From the IMG/VR virus record IMGVR_UViG_3300030095_005052: a DNA stretch of 20,000 bases; one strand, given 5' to 3'. Both the position numbers and the translations under genes were made by a program. This DNA is from an uncultured virus (IMG/VR IMGVR_UViG_3300030095_005052) (lineage: Duplodnaviria > Heunggongvirae > Uroviricota > Caudoviricetes). Shown here one piece after another: positions 9,064 through 17,574 of the stretch. The stretch's first letter is position 1; each line of letters starts with the position of its first letter. The notes below the pieces were generated by a model that worked only from the letters and a program-made list of their open reading frames with translations, did not search any database and was not told the DNA's origin.

Positions 9064-9165
9064 TTACTTACCCTTTTTTTTACCCATAATTTTTTTTACA
9101 CCCTTTTTATTTTTTTTGGGTGGGCGTCCTACATTTTTTCCGTATGTTCCTTTTCCTTGTGGCAT
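9064..9165 (-). CDS. 33-aa highly basic peptide with AT-hook-like GRPPK motif
   Basis: Not in ORF track: MPQGKGTYGKNVGRPPKKNKKGVKKIMGKKKGK; GAAAGGA RBS; ends 11 bp before terL. Confidence 0.75.
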   Translation of the reverse strand: MPQGKGTYGKNVGRPPKKNKKGVKKIMGKKKGK

Positions 9166-9224
9166 TTATTTTCCTTTCCGAAAATTTGTGTGTTCTGCCT
9201 GTTTGTATCCTACCATCATCATCG

Positions 9225-9386
9225 CCGAGCCGTGGCCCCAGGGCGGTGCGGCCTCGGATAAAGGGGGGTGCCTTTTTGTCGCATAATGTACAGTATGGTA
9301 TATAGGTTTTTGTTTGTTATCAATGACTTAACATTTATTGGAGTATTATTGACGTTATTTTATGCTAAAAACACAAGATGTTGTGT
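9225..9386. other. Non-coding terS-terL spacer, candidate packaging/terminus region
   Basis: GC-rich hairpin 9225-9257, G6 run, IHF-consensus TATCAATGACTTA (9318-9330), palindrome ACACAA-GATG-TTGTGT (9371-9386). Confidence 0.4.
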
Positions 9387-9409
9387 CTAACATCTGCCCG
9401 ATCCAACGC

Positions 9410-9883
9410 TCAGTTAAGGCTAGATTTCCCTGATTTCGCGCGCGAAACTTGCGTTTGACGTCCGTCAAATGCGGGTTCATTTGCCACGCTCTCACTATCA
9501 TCAGCCCAAGCAATTGTGTAGCTTCCTATCGTACCTTTGACTTCGACTGATTGTTTACTTTCAGCTTTTAATACTGGTATTAACTTCTCAGCTTTCCATC
9601 GATAATGATTTAACATCTTGTCAGCTTTGATTACTTCGTCTCTCGTCGTTGCTACTCGGATCAACGTCTCGCTCTCTTGCAGTAACGTCTCAACATTCTG
9701 TATCAATGCTTGTTTGTAATCTTCAGCTAGTTCTTTATCAGCTTGACGCCATCGCCAGAAATTACTTTGATCTGGGAAACCATCGCGACCATTACAAATA
9801 TCCTTTAGAAATTCTCCGTCACCAAACCTCAAAAGGATTTGCTTGCAGATTTCCGCATTTTTCTTAGCCAACGTAATCTCCAT
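9410..9883 (-). CDS. terS: Terminase small subunit (Sf6 gp1-like)
   Basis: ICKQILLRFGDGEFLKDICN...PDQSNFWRW....ELAEDYKQA HTH pattern, RWKAEKL.P motif; upstream of terL. Confidence 0.85.
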   Translation of the reverse strand: MEITLAKKNAEICKQILLRFGDGEFLKDICNGRDGFPDQSNFWRWRQADKELAEDYKQALIQNVETLLQESETLIRVATTRDEVIKADKMLNHYRWKAEKLIPVLKAESKQSVEVKGTIGSYTIAWADDSESVANEPAFDGRQTQVSRAKSGKSSLN

Positions 9884-9917
9884 AAAAAAATCCTCGGTCT
9901 AATTTTAGACACAAGGA
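9884..9917 (-). terminator. Terminator-like hairpin + U7 containing the terS RBS
   Basis: Minus strand TCCTTG-T-GTCTA-AAAT-TAGAC-CGAGGA-TTTTTTT-ATG. Confidence 0.55.
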
Positions 9918-9999
9918 TACACGCAATATTTTAAAGGAATACCGGACTATGTCTACTTATCATTCAACAAATATTAGTTCGCAAAATAACATATTGTTT

Positions 10000-10408
10000 T
10001 TATTCATATAATTTTATTATGTCCTCGAATTTAGTGTAGTCCATGTGGTCACCATCAACGATGCAGTTGATTACATGGTTTAAATCACGATACCCAAACC
10101 GCCTCATTATTNNNNNNNNNNAAATACTTCCGCACATAAGCTGGCTCATCAACCTCATCAACAAAGTTAGATCGACCATTTGGAACGTCGATAGATTTGT
10201 AATCCAATATCTTTACCGATACATCACTTCTCAAATACGAGACAGCTTTTCGTATCTCCATGACCGCATCTTCTAAAACATTGTTTAAAAGATTATCTTC
10301 AACCCATTTTTGTATTATATCCTGACGTACTTTTGCCAGCGTCTGCTGAGTTGCAAACTGCCAGTCTTTTGACTGCTCACTAACATCAATATAATCTTCG
10401 TCACTCAC
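10000..10408 (-). CDS. Hypothetical protein spanning an assembly gap; positional candidate for late-gene regulator
   Basis: ORF from 10408 meets the N run (10112-10121); past the gap another frame continues IMRRFGYRDLNHVINCIVDGDHMDYTKFEDIIKLYE* to 10000. Confidence 0.55.
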
Positions 10409-10992
10409 TTAAATTGCCTCAAAAAATTATGCGAGTTTACTTGCTCAACAGGCTCGACTTCGTAAGGGCAATTTTTAAGGTTACAGGGCATTGTCTGAAT
10501 GTTTGGACGTCCATGTCCCTTACGACCATAAGTGCTAATACTGCACGTCTCACAACGTCCAGTGACGTGTAAATTACGAGACATTCGCCTTATTGTTTCC
10601 CAATCCTCCTCATACATTGCTATCGACATATTTCTTAAATATGTTTTGACTAAATCAAACTTATCTAGCGTCGATAATTTCTTTGTTAGCAATCCAATCT
10701 GACTTCTGAACCTCGTCAAAAGTGTCACTGCATTTCGTTCTCGTTCCTGCATAACAGTAATGTTTGTGTTGCTCTCACTGAAATGTAAATGGTCGATAAA
10801 CTCAGCTAACTTATTTTCGTCTCCGCAGATTTTATTCAGCAACCTTTTATTTTTTCTCAATAGCTTTTTAGTCGTCGACAACTCTTTTGATAGCCTTTGA
10901 TTATTTAATGTTTGATCGAGCAACTTACCTTCAAGATCACGTATCTCCTTTTCGTATTCCTGCCGCACATTATACATATAATTTTCACTCAA
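10405..10992 (-). CDS. Hypothetical protein, N-terminal coiled coil, C-terminal CxxC...CxxxxC
   Basis: 195 aa, 4-bp overlaps with both neighbours. Confidence 0.75.
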   Translation of the reverse strand: MSENYMYNVRQEYEKEIRDLEGKLLDQTLNNQRLSKELSTTKKLLRKNKRLLNKICGDENKLAEFIDHLHFSESNTNITVMQERERNAVTLLTRFRSQIGLLTKKLSTLDKFDLVKTYLRNMSIAMYEEDWETIRRMSRNLHVTGRCETCSISTYGRKGHGRPNIQTMPCNLKNCPYEVEPVEQVNSHNFLRQFK

Positions 10993-11561
10993 AACGGAAT
11001 CTCCTGATCTTTTAATTTTCCTTTAACCTCGGATAACTTACTGCCAGGCATTTCATCTTTGCAGTACGCCAGAACTCGAAACTTATTTTCAAATGCCTCG
11101 ACACATCGTGCCGCCTCATCCAAACAATACGTCTTAATTCCTTCACCCTCTGGACTCGTTGCAAACTGATAGGCATCTTCCCACGTCTCAAACAAACAAT
11201 ACGCAATACCGTCCGTCCTCCAGCTTGCCAGTGGATTAGGGTCGAGTGGCTTGTGACCTTGCCTCTCTGCTTCCCGATCCAAAGCCGCCCAAGCCTTGAC
11301 CATACTCGCTGAGTGCTTTTCAACCGCAAATTCATCATCATTATCAATAGCACGATCTAATTTTGCCGCTGTAATACCAAACTTCTGAGCCATCGCAGTA
11401 CCGACTAGTTTTGGTAGACGATCTATCCCCCACTTCATCTCCATCTTCCGAGCAATTTCATCTGCTGGACGAAGTGAATAATACTTCGCCATCTTTTCGA
11501 TGACACTGACATCTTGCGGGTTCGTTAATCGATCAGGTTTTATCATTTTACGATATTTCAT
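10989..11561 (-). CDS. Conserved-looking phage hypothetical (KWGIDRLPKLV motif)
   Basis: 190 aa, GGAG RBS, coupled to the downstream gene, ends DQEIPF. Confidence 0.8.
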   Translation of the reverse strand: MKYRKMIKPDRLTNPQDVSVIEKMAKYYSLRPADEIARKMEMKWGIDRLPKLVGTAMAQKFGITAAKLDRAIDNDDEFAVEKHSASMVKAWAALDREAERQGHKPLDPNPLASWRTDGIAYCLFETWEDAYQFATSPEGEGIKTYCLDEAARCVEAFENKFRVLAYCKDEMPGSKLSEVKGKLKDQEIPF

Positions 11562-11587
11562 CTCACCATCTCCCTACTTAAAAAATC

Positions 11588-11751
11588 GTTCTCCCGTGTT
11601 CTCCCGTGGCTAAAAACATAAGCACATTTGCGCCAGTTGTGCGCCAGTCTGAATCTGGCGCGCCAGTGTATGTTTTTACTTAGGGAGAAAAGTAGACTGG
11701 CGCAGACATTTTGCGCCATTCGTGCGCCAGTTGAAAAACGAGACTGGCGCA
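11588..11751. repeat. Cluster of TGCGCCAG(T) direct/inverted repeats; candidate replication origin
   Basis: TGCGCCAGT at 11629, 11640, 11723; inverse ACTGGCGCA at 11696, 11743; palindrome CTGGCGCGCCAG 11655-11666; variant at 11712; GTTCTCCCGT x2 at 11588-11607; directly downstream of the primase-helicase. Confidence 0.7.
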
Positions 11752-11763
11752 ACTTATTTCTGC

Positions 11764-13938
11764 CTAATTTGGCAGTAATTTTAAGTCGACTTCGACGCAT
11801 TTTCTTGTCTTCCTTTGCTTCTCATCTAAATATGTATCCTCAAAAAGTACACCCGTATCGAGCCACGTTTTTACGATCTGTTTTGCTTCATTTTCACTCT
11901 TATCGACCATCTCGGTGATAAGATTTCCAACCCATCTTTTGCCTGATTGTTTTTGAGCAGACCACTTCCCGCCCTCATATAAATGCTTGTCAATCGCCAA
12001 CAAAATATCTCGTGCTTTATCCGGTGTAATGTCGTCAAAAGCATCTGGAGGCGACCAGGGTGCCACGACGCCAACACTGTCACCGTCTCCAATTGCCGCA
12101 TTGCCAATATTAATAGAATGCCGTTGAAGCCAATAAGCTCCTGCGCTGGGTGGTGACATGTTAGCCTTGGCGTCATCGAGCCGGATAAACCAGTGTCTGC
12201 GCTCCATTTTAATGCCAAATAAGTCGGCTTCCTTTTCATTCATTACAGTAATCGTTCGTGCGCTTCTAACGGCTCCTGAGAGGCTTGAGGCACCTCTTGC
12301 TTGGTTTATGTCCCCCGCCATTTGATTGTTTGCTTGCGGTGGCTTTCTGACGTGATGCACGAGGTCAATGGCACAACCGGTATCGTGTGCAATTTGAGCA
12401 AATGTCGTCAAAACATCGTCGATTTGTTTGTTATTATTTTCATCCGCATAATGCGCTTTTACAAACGGATCAATAGACAAGACTTTTATGTTATTCTTGA
12501 GGATTGCCTCGGTGAGTTGCTCCGCGTGTGGCGTCGCAATAACCGCGTCATTAATTTTATCTGCAATAATAAGTTTTTGATCCCGCCCACTATTTAAAAA
12601 TAAAGTACCAATTAGTTTTTCTTGAGGTATTTGGAAGTGCTTTTGTATGGCGATAACACGCCGTAATAGCTCGTCCTGCGGGTCTTCTAAGTTGTAGTGC
12701 CAGACGTTGCATTGCTTGTGAACAGTGTCGTGTGTAAGCTGTCTGCCCGTAGCAATGGCTATCGCATCAGTTAATGCAACAGTGGTTTTGCCGACGCCCC
12801 CAGGGGAGATTGTTGTCGCAACATAATTCTCAATTAAATGTCTACCGTATATAAATTGCCTCGTTGGTAAATTCGCAACATTTAAAGCATTAGCATCGAT
12901 TTTAAACGCCGTAATATCGCCCGTATGTTTTTCCTCAAGGTGCGTCTTGATCCCTTCCTCAGTTGGCTCTGGGTAGTCGTACTTGCGACGTGCGCCCGCA
13001 ATAGCAACGCCGACCTCTCTATCTGTGTCATATTGATTGTATCCTTCTTGAGTAAAATTTCTTGCCATGACCAAGATTTCAGCATTGGTCTTACCAGTGG
13101 CGACCCAATGAGCGACAACTTTAATCATCTTATTATGCCACTCATCGCCGCCGGACATAATGTCCCTGGCTATTTGATCTATTTCTAAATTTTGGTACAC
13201 GGGGAGATTCAGTCCGGCAGGAGGGGAACCGTCCTCAATCGCCCCGTGATCAGCTTTCGGTTGGCACTCAAATGCCGCTGGAAAGCTGTTATACAATTTG
13301 ACCGCGTCGACAGGCTCACGGTGTTGACGTGGCGGCACAAACTTTACCAATTCTTGAGTGTACCCTTTTTTAATCTTACCCTGACTTGGGTAGCTGACAG
13401 TCCCTGCAAGTCGCATAATGCGCCTCGGATCAATCACCTTATCGCTGTCAAACTTATTGACCATTCCGGTCTGTATATCGGCCCACGCTTTAAAATTTTC
13501 TAACGGGTGTTCCCGCTCCCAGTACGCGTGTAATCTAGGCTCCGGCGTGCGGCCTGTTAATACGACAAAATTTTGCTTGATCGGGGCTTCCGTCTTTAAT
13601 TTATCTGTAGAGTATTTTGTGTCGTGATCTGAAAAATTGAAATACGCACATAAGACGTCTTGATCTGTCGCGGCAGTGCCGGAGAAAATATCACCACGTC
13701 TTGGGTTCACTCCAACGTAAACATTCTTTCCGTCGATATTTTGCTTTTTTGCATACTCAACTGCGTCGTCACGGTTAGTAACTTTAAAGTATTGCCATTG
13801 CCACCGACCACCATCAACGCCACTGTCAATTTGAATTAAGGCGTCTGGATAATCTGCTTCACATCTCGAAAATAATTTATCGAGGTGGAGACGAATATCT
13901 GATTCGTTAGGTGTTAAGTTTTGGGGCATGGCATCCAT
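11764..13938 (-). CDS. Primase-helicase: RepB'-like (AEP) primase + AAA_25/RepA-type SF4 helicase
   Basis: N-term NVYVGVNPR, SDHD, RLHAYW, DPRRIMRLAGT; C-term SPGGVGKT, LSIDPF, VHHVRK, ARGASSLSGAVR. Confidence 0.88.
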   Translation of the reverse strand: MDAMPQNLTPNESDIRLHLDKLFSRCEADYPDALIQIDSGVDGGRWQWQYFKVTNRDDAVEYAKKQNIDGKNVYVGVNPRRGDIFSGTAATDQDVLCAYFNFSDHDTKYSTDKLKTEAPIKQNFVVLTGRTPEPRLHAYWEREHPLENFKAWADIQTGMVNKFDSDKVIDPRRIMRLAGTVSYPSQGKIKKGYTQELVKFVPPRQHREPVDAVKLYNSFPAAFECQPKADHGAIEDGSPPAGLNLPVYQNLEIDQIARDIMSGGDEWHNKMIKVVAHWVATGKTNAEILVMARNFTQEGYNQYDTDREVGVAIAGARRKYDYPEPTEEGIKTHLEEKHTGDITAFKIDANALNVANLPTRQFIYGRHLIENYVATTISPGGVGKTTVALTDAIAIATGRQLTHDTVHKQCNVWHYNLEDPQDELLRRVIAIQKHFQIPQEKLIGTLFLNSGRDQKLIIADKINDAVIATPHAEQLTEAILKNNIKVLSIDPFVKAHYADENNNKQIDDVLTTFAQIAHDTGCAIDLVHHVRKPPQANNQMAGDINQARGASSLSGAVRSARTITVMNEKEADLFGIKMERRHWFIRLDDAKANMSPPSAGAYWLQRHSINIGNAAIGDGDSVGVVAPWSPPDAFDDITPDKARDILLAIDKHLYEGGKWSAQKQSGKRWVGNLITEMVDKSENEAKQIVKTWLDTGVLFEDTYLDEKQRKTRKCVEVDLKLLPN

Positions 13939-13942
13939 AATT

Positions 13943-13968
13943 AAAAGGGAGAGGTGTTACCCCCTCCC
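13943..13968 (-). terminator. Intrinsic terminator between SSB-like gene and primase
   Basis: Minus strand GGGAGGGG-GTAACA-CCTCTCCC-TTTT. Confidence 0.6.
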
Positions 13969-13975
13969 GACTTAG

Positions 13976-14551
13976 TTAATCCCAGTCTTCGACTGCATCG
14001 TCGCTTGATGCTTTCGCAGGGGCTGGTGCAGGGGCTGGTGTAGCGGTAAGTTCATCGAACTCCTTTGGACGGTCACCCCACTTGGTAATCTTTAACTCCG
14101 GCGCATAATTCGTGCCGTGTTTGGAATCAACGGGGTTAACTTTCACGCACTCAACCAAAGGTAACTTCCCAGCTTTTCCTTCGTCACTTTTTAGATACTC
14201 ATCATAAAGAGTATTCATCTCATTATTGACGGCTCCGGCAGTTGACGAAAATTCTCTCAACCCGCCAATTTTTGGGCTGAAGACATTGAGTAAAAATCCG
14301 CGCTTAAAGTTACCTTCACCGACGGCGTCACCCGCACCGACTTCAGTATCAAATATTTTCTCTGGAGCTTGCCCAGCTTCAAACTTAAAAATACCAGTTT
14401 GAATGTTTTTAAAATCAAAATACGCCTTAAACTTTTCGATCTCATACTCGTCGCCACTATCGTCTTTTGTATACCAGCGACCAGCTTTTGCATTGTACTT
14501 ACAATAAGTGACAAAATCTCCGCCGCCACCAGTTGGTAATCCTAATCCCAT
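13976..14551 (-). CDS. Putative single-stranded DNA-binding/annealing protein
   Basis: 191 aa between exonuclease and primase; aromatic-rich beta-type core, Pro/Ala linker, acidic C-terminal tail (DDAVEDWD); GAGG RBS. Confidence 0.6.
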   Translation of the reverse strand: MGLGLPTGGGGDFVTYCKYNAKAGRWYTKDDSGDEYEIEKFKAYFDFKNIQTGIFKFEAGQAPEKIFDTEVGAGDAVGEGNFKRGFLLNVFSPKIGGLREFSSTAGAVNNEMNTLYDEYLKSDEGKAGKLPLVECVKVNPVDSKHGTNYAPELKITKWGDRPKEFDELTATPAPAPAPAKASSDDAVEDWD

Positions 14552-14611
14552 TTCTATTTCCTCTTCACTACTTACAAATTAGTCCGCACTTAACCCAGCG
14601 AACCTTTGGGG

Positions 14612-15361
14612 TTAATAACCAAAAATTTCTTTTGCTTTGGCTCTGAAAGCCGCACCACTAAAATAAAACATGTCGTAATCAGGAATGACCGCGTCTGCGG
14701 CTTCCTCTTTTGTTTCAAACTTGTCTAAAAATCTTTCTAACCGCATGGCAATTTGGCGAATTTCTTCTAAACTTTTTTTCGCCTCATCGGGTTCCAAAGT
14801 ATAAATCGCGTGTTTTTTGGGTGAGGCATATAAAATGTCAATCGAGTGATTTGACTTTGCGTGCTGATAAACAGCCATTTGCCTTTTGTGCGGCGCAGAC
14901 ATTTTGCCAGGGATAGCCTTAGTTGTTTTCAAATCAACGACTTTGCCATCATCATCAAAAGTAAAATCGGTAAAACCCAGGATCGGCACTGGTACACCGT
15001 CTAAATTAATGACAACCTTTTCTTGATAGCCAGTTGGCTCGGCATAATTTTTTAGCCCTTCAAGTGTCTGCTCAATAAAACCTGGGAACTCATCGAGATG
15101 TTTTTTTCTTTGGTCTTGAGGAAAGCCCATCGCCGTCGTGCTGTTGAATTTTTTGGTTGCTTCTTCTAAAGCATCTAAAAACTCATCTTCTAAACAACTT
15201 TGAACACCATGCTCGACACAAATCCCCCGCGCCGCATTTAATCCGGCAATTTCATAAATTTTAAAAAGGTAGCTTAAAATCCAAGCACCAAGACAGCCCT
15301 GCGCTTTATTTAAACTTGAGGGGCTAAGATGTTTTATTCCAAATCGTTCAAAACTATTCAT
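14612..15361 (-). CDS. PD-(D/E)XK nuclease (RecB/Cas4-like phage exonuclease)
   Basis: HLSPSS, ARG...EHG, LGFTDF...VVDLKT, RQMAVY; likely start MNSF at 15361 overlapping the resolvase end. Confidence 0.85.
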   Translation of the reverse strand: MNSFERFGIKHLSPSSLNKAQGCLGAWILSYLFKIYEIAGLNAARGICVEHGVQSCLEDEFLDALEEATKKFNSTTAMGFPQDQRKKHLDEFPGFIEQTLEGLKNYAEPTGYQEKVVINLDGVPVPILGFTDFTFDDDGKVVDLKTTKAIPGKMSAPHKRQMAVYQHAKSNHSIDILYASPKKHAIYTLEPDEAKKSLEEIRQIAMRLERFLDKFETKEEAADAVIPDYDMFYFSGAAFRAKAKEIFGY

Positions 15362-15806
15362 TATCTCGCCCCCATTGTGCAATTAGAACGGCCTCGGCCC
15401 TACCGTCATCTTTGGCGCGTTTAAAGTCATCTGCATTTTTTGGAAATAATCTCGTTGCGAGTTGGCGGCTTGCTGACTTATCCCGACCTAATGAAAAATG
15501 TCTTTTCCATTTTGATGGTGTCACTAAGCTGTACGGAATTTCTAAAGTTGCTAATACACCTTTAATAACCCCGTAGCCCTGCCCAAAATTAAAGGCCGAC
15601 TGCTTACCCATGCCAAAAGAATTTATCGACTCTATATATGTGTGCTTTGGGGTAAACTCTTTGAACAAATTTGCTAACGCAACGGCGTTTAATTCTTTAT
15701 CAAATACGGGCATATCGTGAACTTCGACAAACGTATATTTTTCTTTCACTCCGCTATAATAAAAACAGAGCGCGCCAGTCTTGCCTGGATCGATGCCGCA
15801 GATCAA
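15354..15806 (-). CDS. RuvC-like Holliday junction resolvase
   Basis: ICGIDPG, YIE, SAFNFG.GYG, VTPSKWK, DDGRAEAVLIA. Confidence 0.88.
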   Translation of the reverse strand: MICGIDPGKTGALCFYYSGVKEKYTFVEVHDMPVFDKELNAVALANLFKEFTPKHTYIESINSFGMGKQSAFNFGQGYGVIKGVLATLEIPYSLVTPSKWKRHFSLGRDKSASRQLATRLFPKNADDFKRAKDDGRAEAVLIAQWGRDNE

Positions 15807-16003
15807 AGTTTTAGTCCGGCTAAAAAATCATCAGGCAAAGATACATTTTTCTCATTTGCTAATTGAGCAATCTTAGCTCTAATTTTAATATCATTTGGTA
15901 TCCCGTTTTTTAACCAGTTGCTTACTCTATTTTGAGGGAAGTTCATTTCACTGGCGACAAATGTACTGCCACCAATTTGACTTATTATTTCAAATGTGTT
16001 CAT
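15803..16003 (-). CDS. Cro-like HTH protein
   Basis: 66 aa; IISQIGGSTFVASEM...RVSNWLKNGIP; first gene of the leftward early operon. Confidence 0.8.
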   Translation of the reverse strand: MNTFEIISQIGGSTFVASEMNFPQNRVSNWLKNGIPNDIKIRAKIAQLANEKNVSLPDDFLAGLKL

Positions 16004-16006
16004 ATT

Positions 16007-16068
16007 ATATCAAATTTCCTGATAAAAGTTTCCATAGGAGATAATATCAGGTAACATGATATTGTCAA
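16007..16068 (-). promoter_or_regulatory. Leftward early promoter with two operators
   Basis: TTGACA(16068-16063)-N16-TATTAT(16046-16041); operators ATATCA-N7-TGATAA (16007-16025) and ATATCA-N7-TGATAT (16044-16062). Confidence 0.7.
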
Positions 16069-16093
16069 ATTTTATTTAAAGGAACAAAAGATA

Positions 16094-16783
16094 ATGAAAA
16101 AAGAAAATAAAGTTCTGTACGAAATATTTCCTACTGAGGAAATTAAACATGATGTAAATGGAAAAAAAGTTGGGAAAGAAAATTCTCAATATTATCAAAT
16201 GAATCAAAAAATGTGTGAATATTTCATGGCACGTTCAAAAATAGGGCTTTGGTCAGAGTGGCATGAAATTTCAACTAGGTACAAACTTTTAGAATTACGA
16301 CAATACGAAAATCATTTTGTATATAAATTTATAAATAAGAATATTATTATGCAAAAATTTTGTTCTCTCCTTATGTCACACTGGTGGCGAGGAATGAAAA
16401 AAACTTGCCACGTTGGAGTAACCCTAAAAAATCTTGAAGATGAGGTCGGATTGTCCACGATGCCTCAAAAAAATACTTTGAACAGTTGGATTGAACGCGG
16501 TATTGAAAAAAAAATATTAGGCGTTAAAGAAAGTAAATTTGATAAAAGAGTAAATCTTTATTACCCCGAAGAAAATTTGCTTGAATTTTGGATGATGGCA
16601 AGCCGCAACGAATTTTTGTTTTATCAAAAAAACGGCATTCGCGAATTATCGGCAAAAATAAATAAGAGAATTGATGAAGATGAAAATTCAGGATTATTTG
16701 AGCTTGAAGGGTTGAAAGTTTGGGACAGATTGGAACCGAATGATGTTACAACGAGCGTCTCAGGAAAAAAATACACAGAATAA
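16094..16783 (+). CDS. Hypothetical protein with probable winged-HTH (MarR-like) region
   Basis: 229 aa; VTLKNLEDEVG...KNTLNSWIERGIEKKIL...SKFDKRVNLYYP; AAGGA RBS; AT-rich. Confidence 0.65.
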   Translation: MKKENKVLYEIFPTEEIKHDVNGKKVGKENSQYYQMNQKMCEYFMARSKIGLWSEWHEISTRYKLLELRQYENHFVYKFINKNIIMQKFCSLLMSHWWRGMKKTCHVGVTLKNLEDEVGLSTMPQKNTLNSWIERGIEKKILGVKESKFDKRVNLYYPEENLLEFWMMASRNEFLFYQKNGIRELSAKINKRIDEDENSGLFELEGLKVWDRLEPNDVTTSVSGKKYTE

Positions 16784-16838
16784 TTGCACTCAATAATTGC
16801 ACTCAATAATTGCACTCAATAATTGCACTCAATAATTG
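16779..16838 (+). repeat. Tandem repeat AATAATTGCACTC x4 + 8-bp partial
   Basis: Perfect 13-bp units at 16779, 16792, 16805, 16818, partial at 16831. Confidence 0.95.
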
Positions 16839-16896
16839 ATATAGAATAATCAAGTAATTTGTATTAACTTTTTGTTCATAACTAAGAGGGCCATTT

Positions 16897-17265
16897 ATGA
16901 ACAATCAAAATTTAAATATCAATTTACTTGATACTACACACAAAGACGAGTATAACCCATTTGAGTTTTTTTACTACGAAACACACGAGGAAGAAATTTT
17001 GGCTGAAGCGAGACGACCGGTAGAGTTTGTTCAAGCAAGTGGTGAGCGGCTAAAAAAAGTGAGACAGGCGTTAGGTCTTACTCAAGTCGAGTTATGTGAA
17101 AAACTTGACGTAAAACAGAATGCCTATAGTGCTTGGGAAAATGGTAAACTTTTAATAGACCCATTTGTCGCCAGTATTTTATCTACAAAATTTGGCGTTA
17201 CCCTGGACTATATCTATAACGGTGTGGAAAAAGATTTGCCGGAAGAAATACGCAAAAAGATATAG
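16897..17265 (+). CDS. XRE-family HTH repressor (CI-like, no peptidase domain)
   Basis: GERLKKVRQALGLTQVELCEKLDVKQNAYSAWENGK...FGVTLDYIYNG. Confidence 0.85.
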   Translation: MNNQNLNINLLDTTHKDEYNPFEFFYYETHEEEILAEARRPVEFVQASGERLKKVRQALGLTQVELCEKLDVKQNAYSAWENGKLLIDPFVASILSTKFGVTLDYIYNGVEKDLPEEIRKKI

Positions 17266-17320
17266 TATCACGCAATGTGATATTATTTAGTTGACATATC
17301 AGGTAAGCTGATATTATGAT
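17265..17320 (+). promoter_or_regulatory. Rightward early promoter with two operators
   Basis: GTATCA-N7-TGATAT (17265-17283), ATATCA-N7-TGATAT (17296-17314); TTGACA(17291)-N18-TATGAT(17315). Confidence 0.7.
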
Positions 17321-17352
17321 CTCCTTAATTTTTTCATTTAAGGAGATTTTTT

Positions 17353-17574
17353 ATGAATAGACAACATTCAGAAATAGCGATTGAAAAATTAAATCGCATC
17401 AAACGTGAATTACGAACTGCAATGGTTCACGCCGAGGCAACCGATACCTTTATTTGCTGTGCAGATTTAATTCGCACACTCGAAGATTCGCTTTCAGCCG
17501 TCGACGCATCAATCAGCGATCAGACAACTAATCATTTGGAAACTTTCAAAAGTCAGCCGGAGTTAGCGATATGA
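17353..17574 (+). CDS. Hypothetical protein (73 aa)
   Basis: AAGGAG RBS; first gene after the promoter. Confidence 0.8.
   Translation: MNRQHSEIAIEKLNRIKRELRTAMVHAEATDTFICCADLIRTLEDSLSAVDASISDQTTNHLETFKSQPELAI

Noticed and set aside
10085..10121. Frameshift/pseudogene in 10085..10408
   Set aside because: It coincides with a 10-N scaffold gap of uncertain length, so an assembly artefact is more likely
11558..11918. ORFs 11558..11800(-) and 11628..11918(+)
   Set aside because: They translate the repeat field or the antisense of primase, with no protein-like features; treated as non-coding (not fully excluded)
14019..14040. GGGGCTGGTG repeat
   Set aside because: Simply encodes the Pro-Ala linker of the SSB-like protein
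2063..14916. Numerous short antisense/alternate-frame ORFs inside portal, GLLD genes, terL, terS, primase and exonuclease
   Set aside because: Shadow ORFs overlapping well-supported genes, with no convincing RBS or motifs
16779..16838. CRISPR array
   Set aside because: 13-bp units are contiguous with no spacers, and there is no cas operon. The PD-(D/E)XK nuclease sits in a recombination module.
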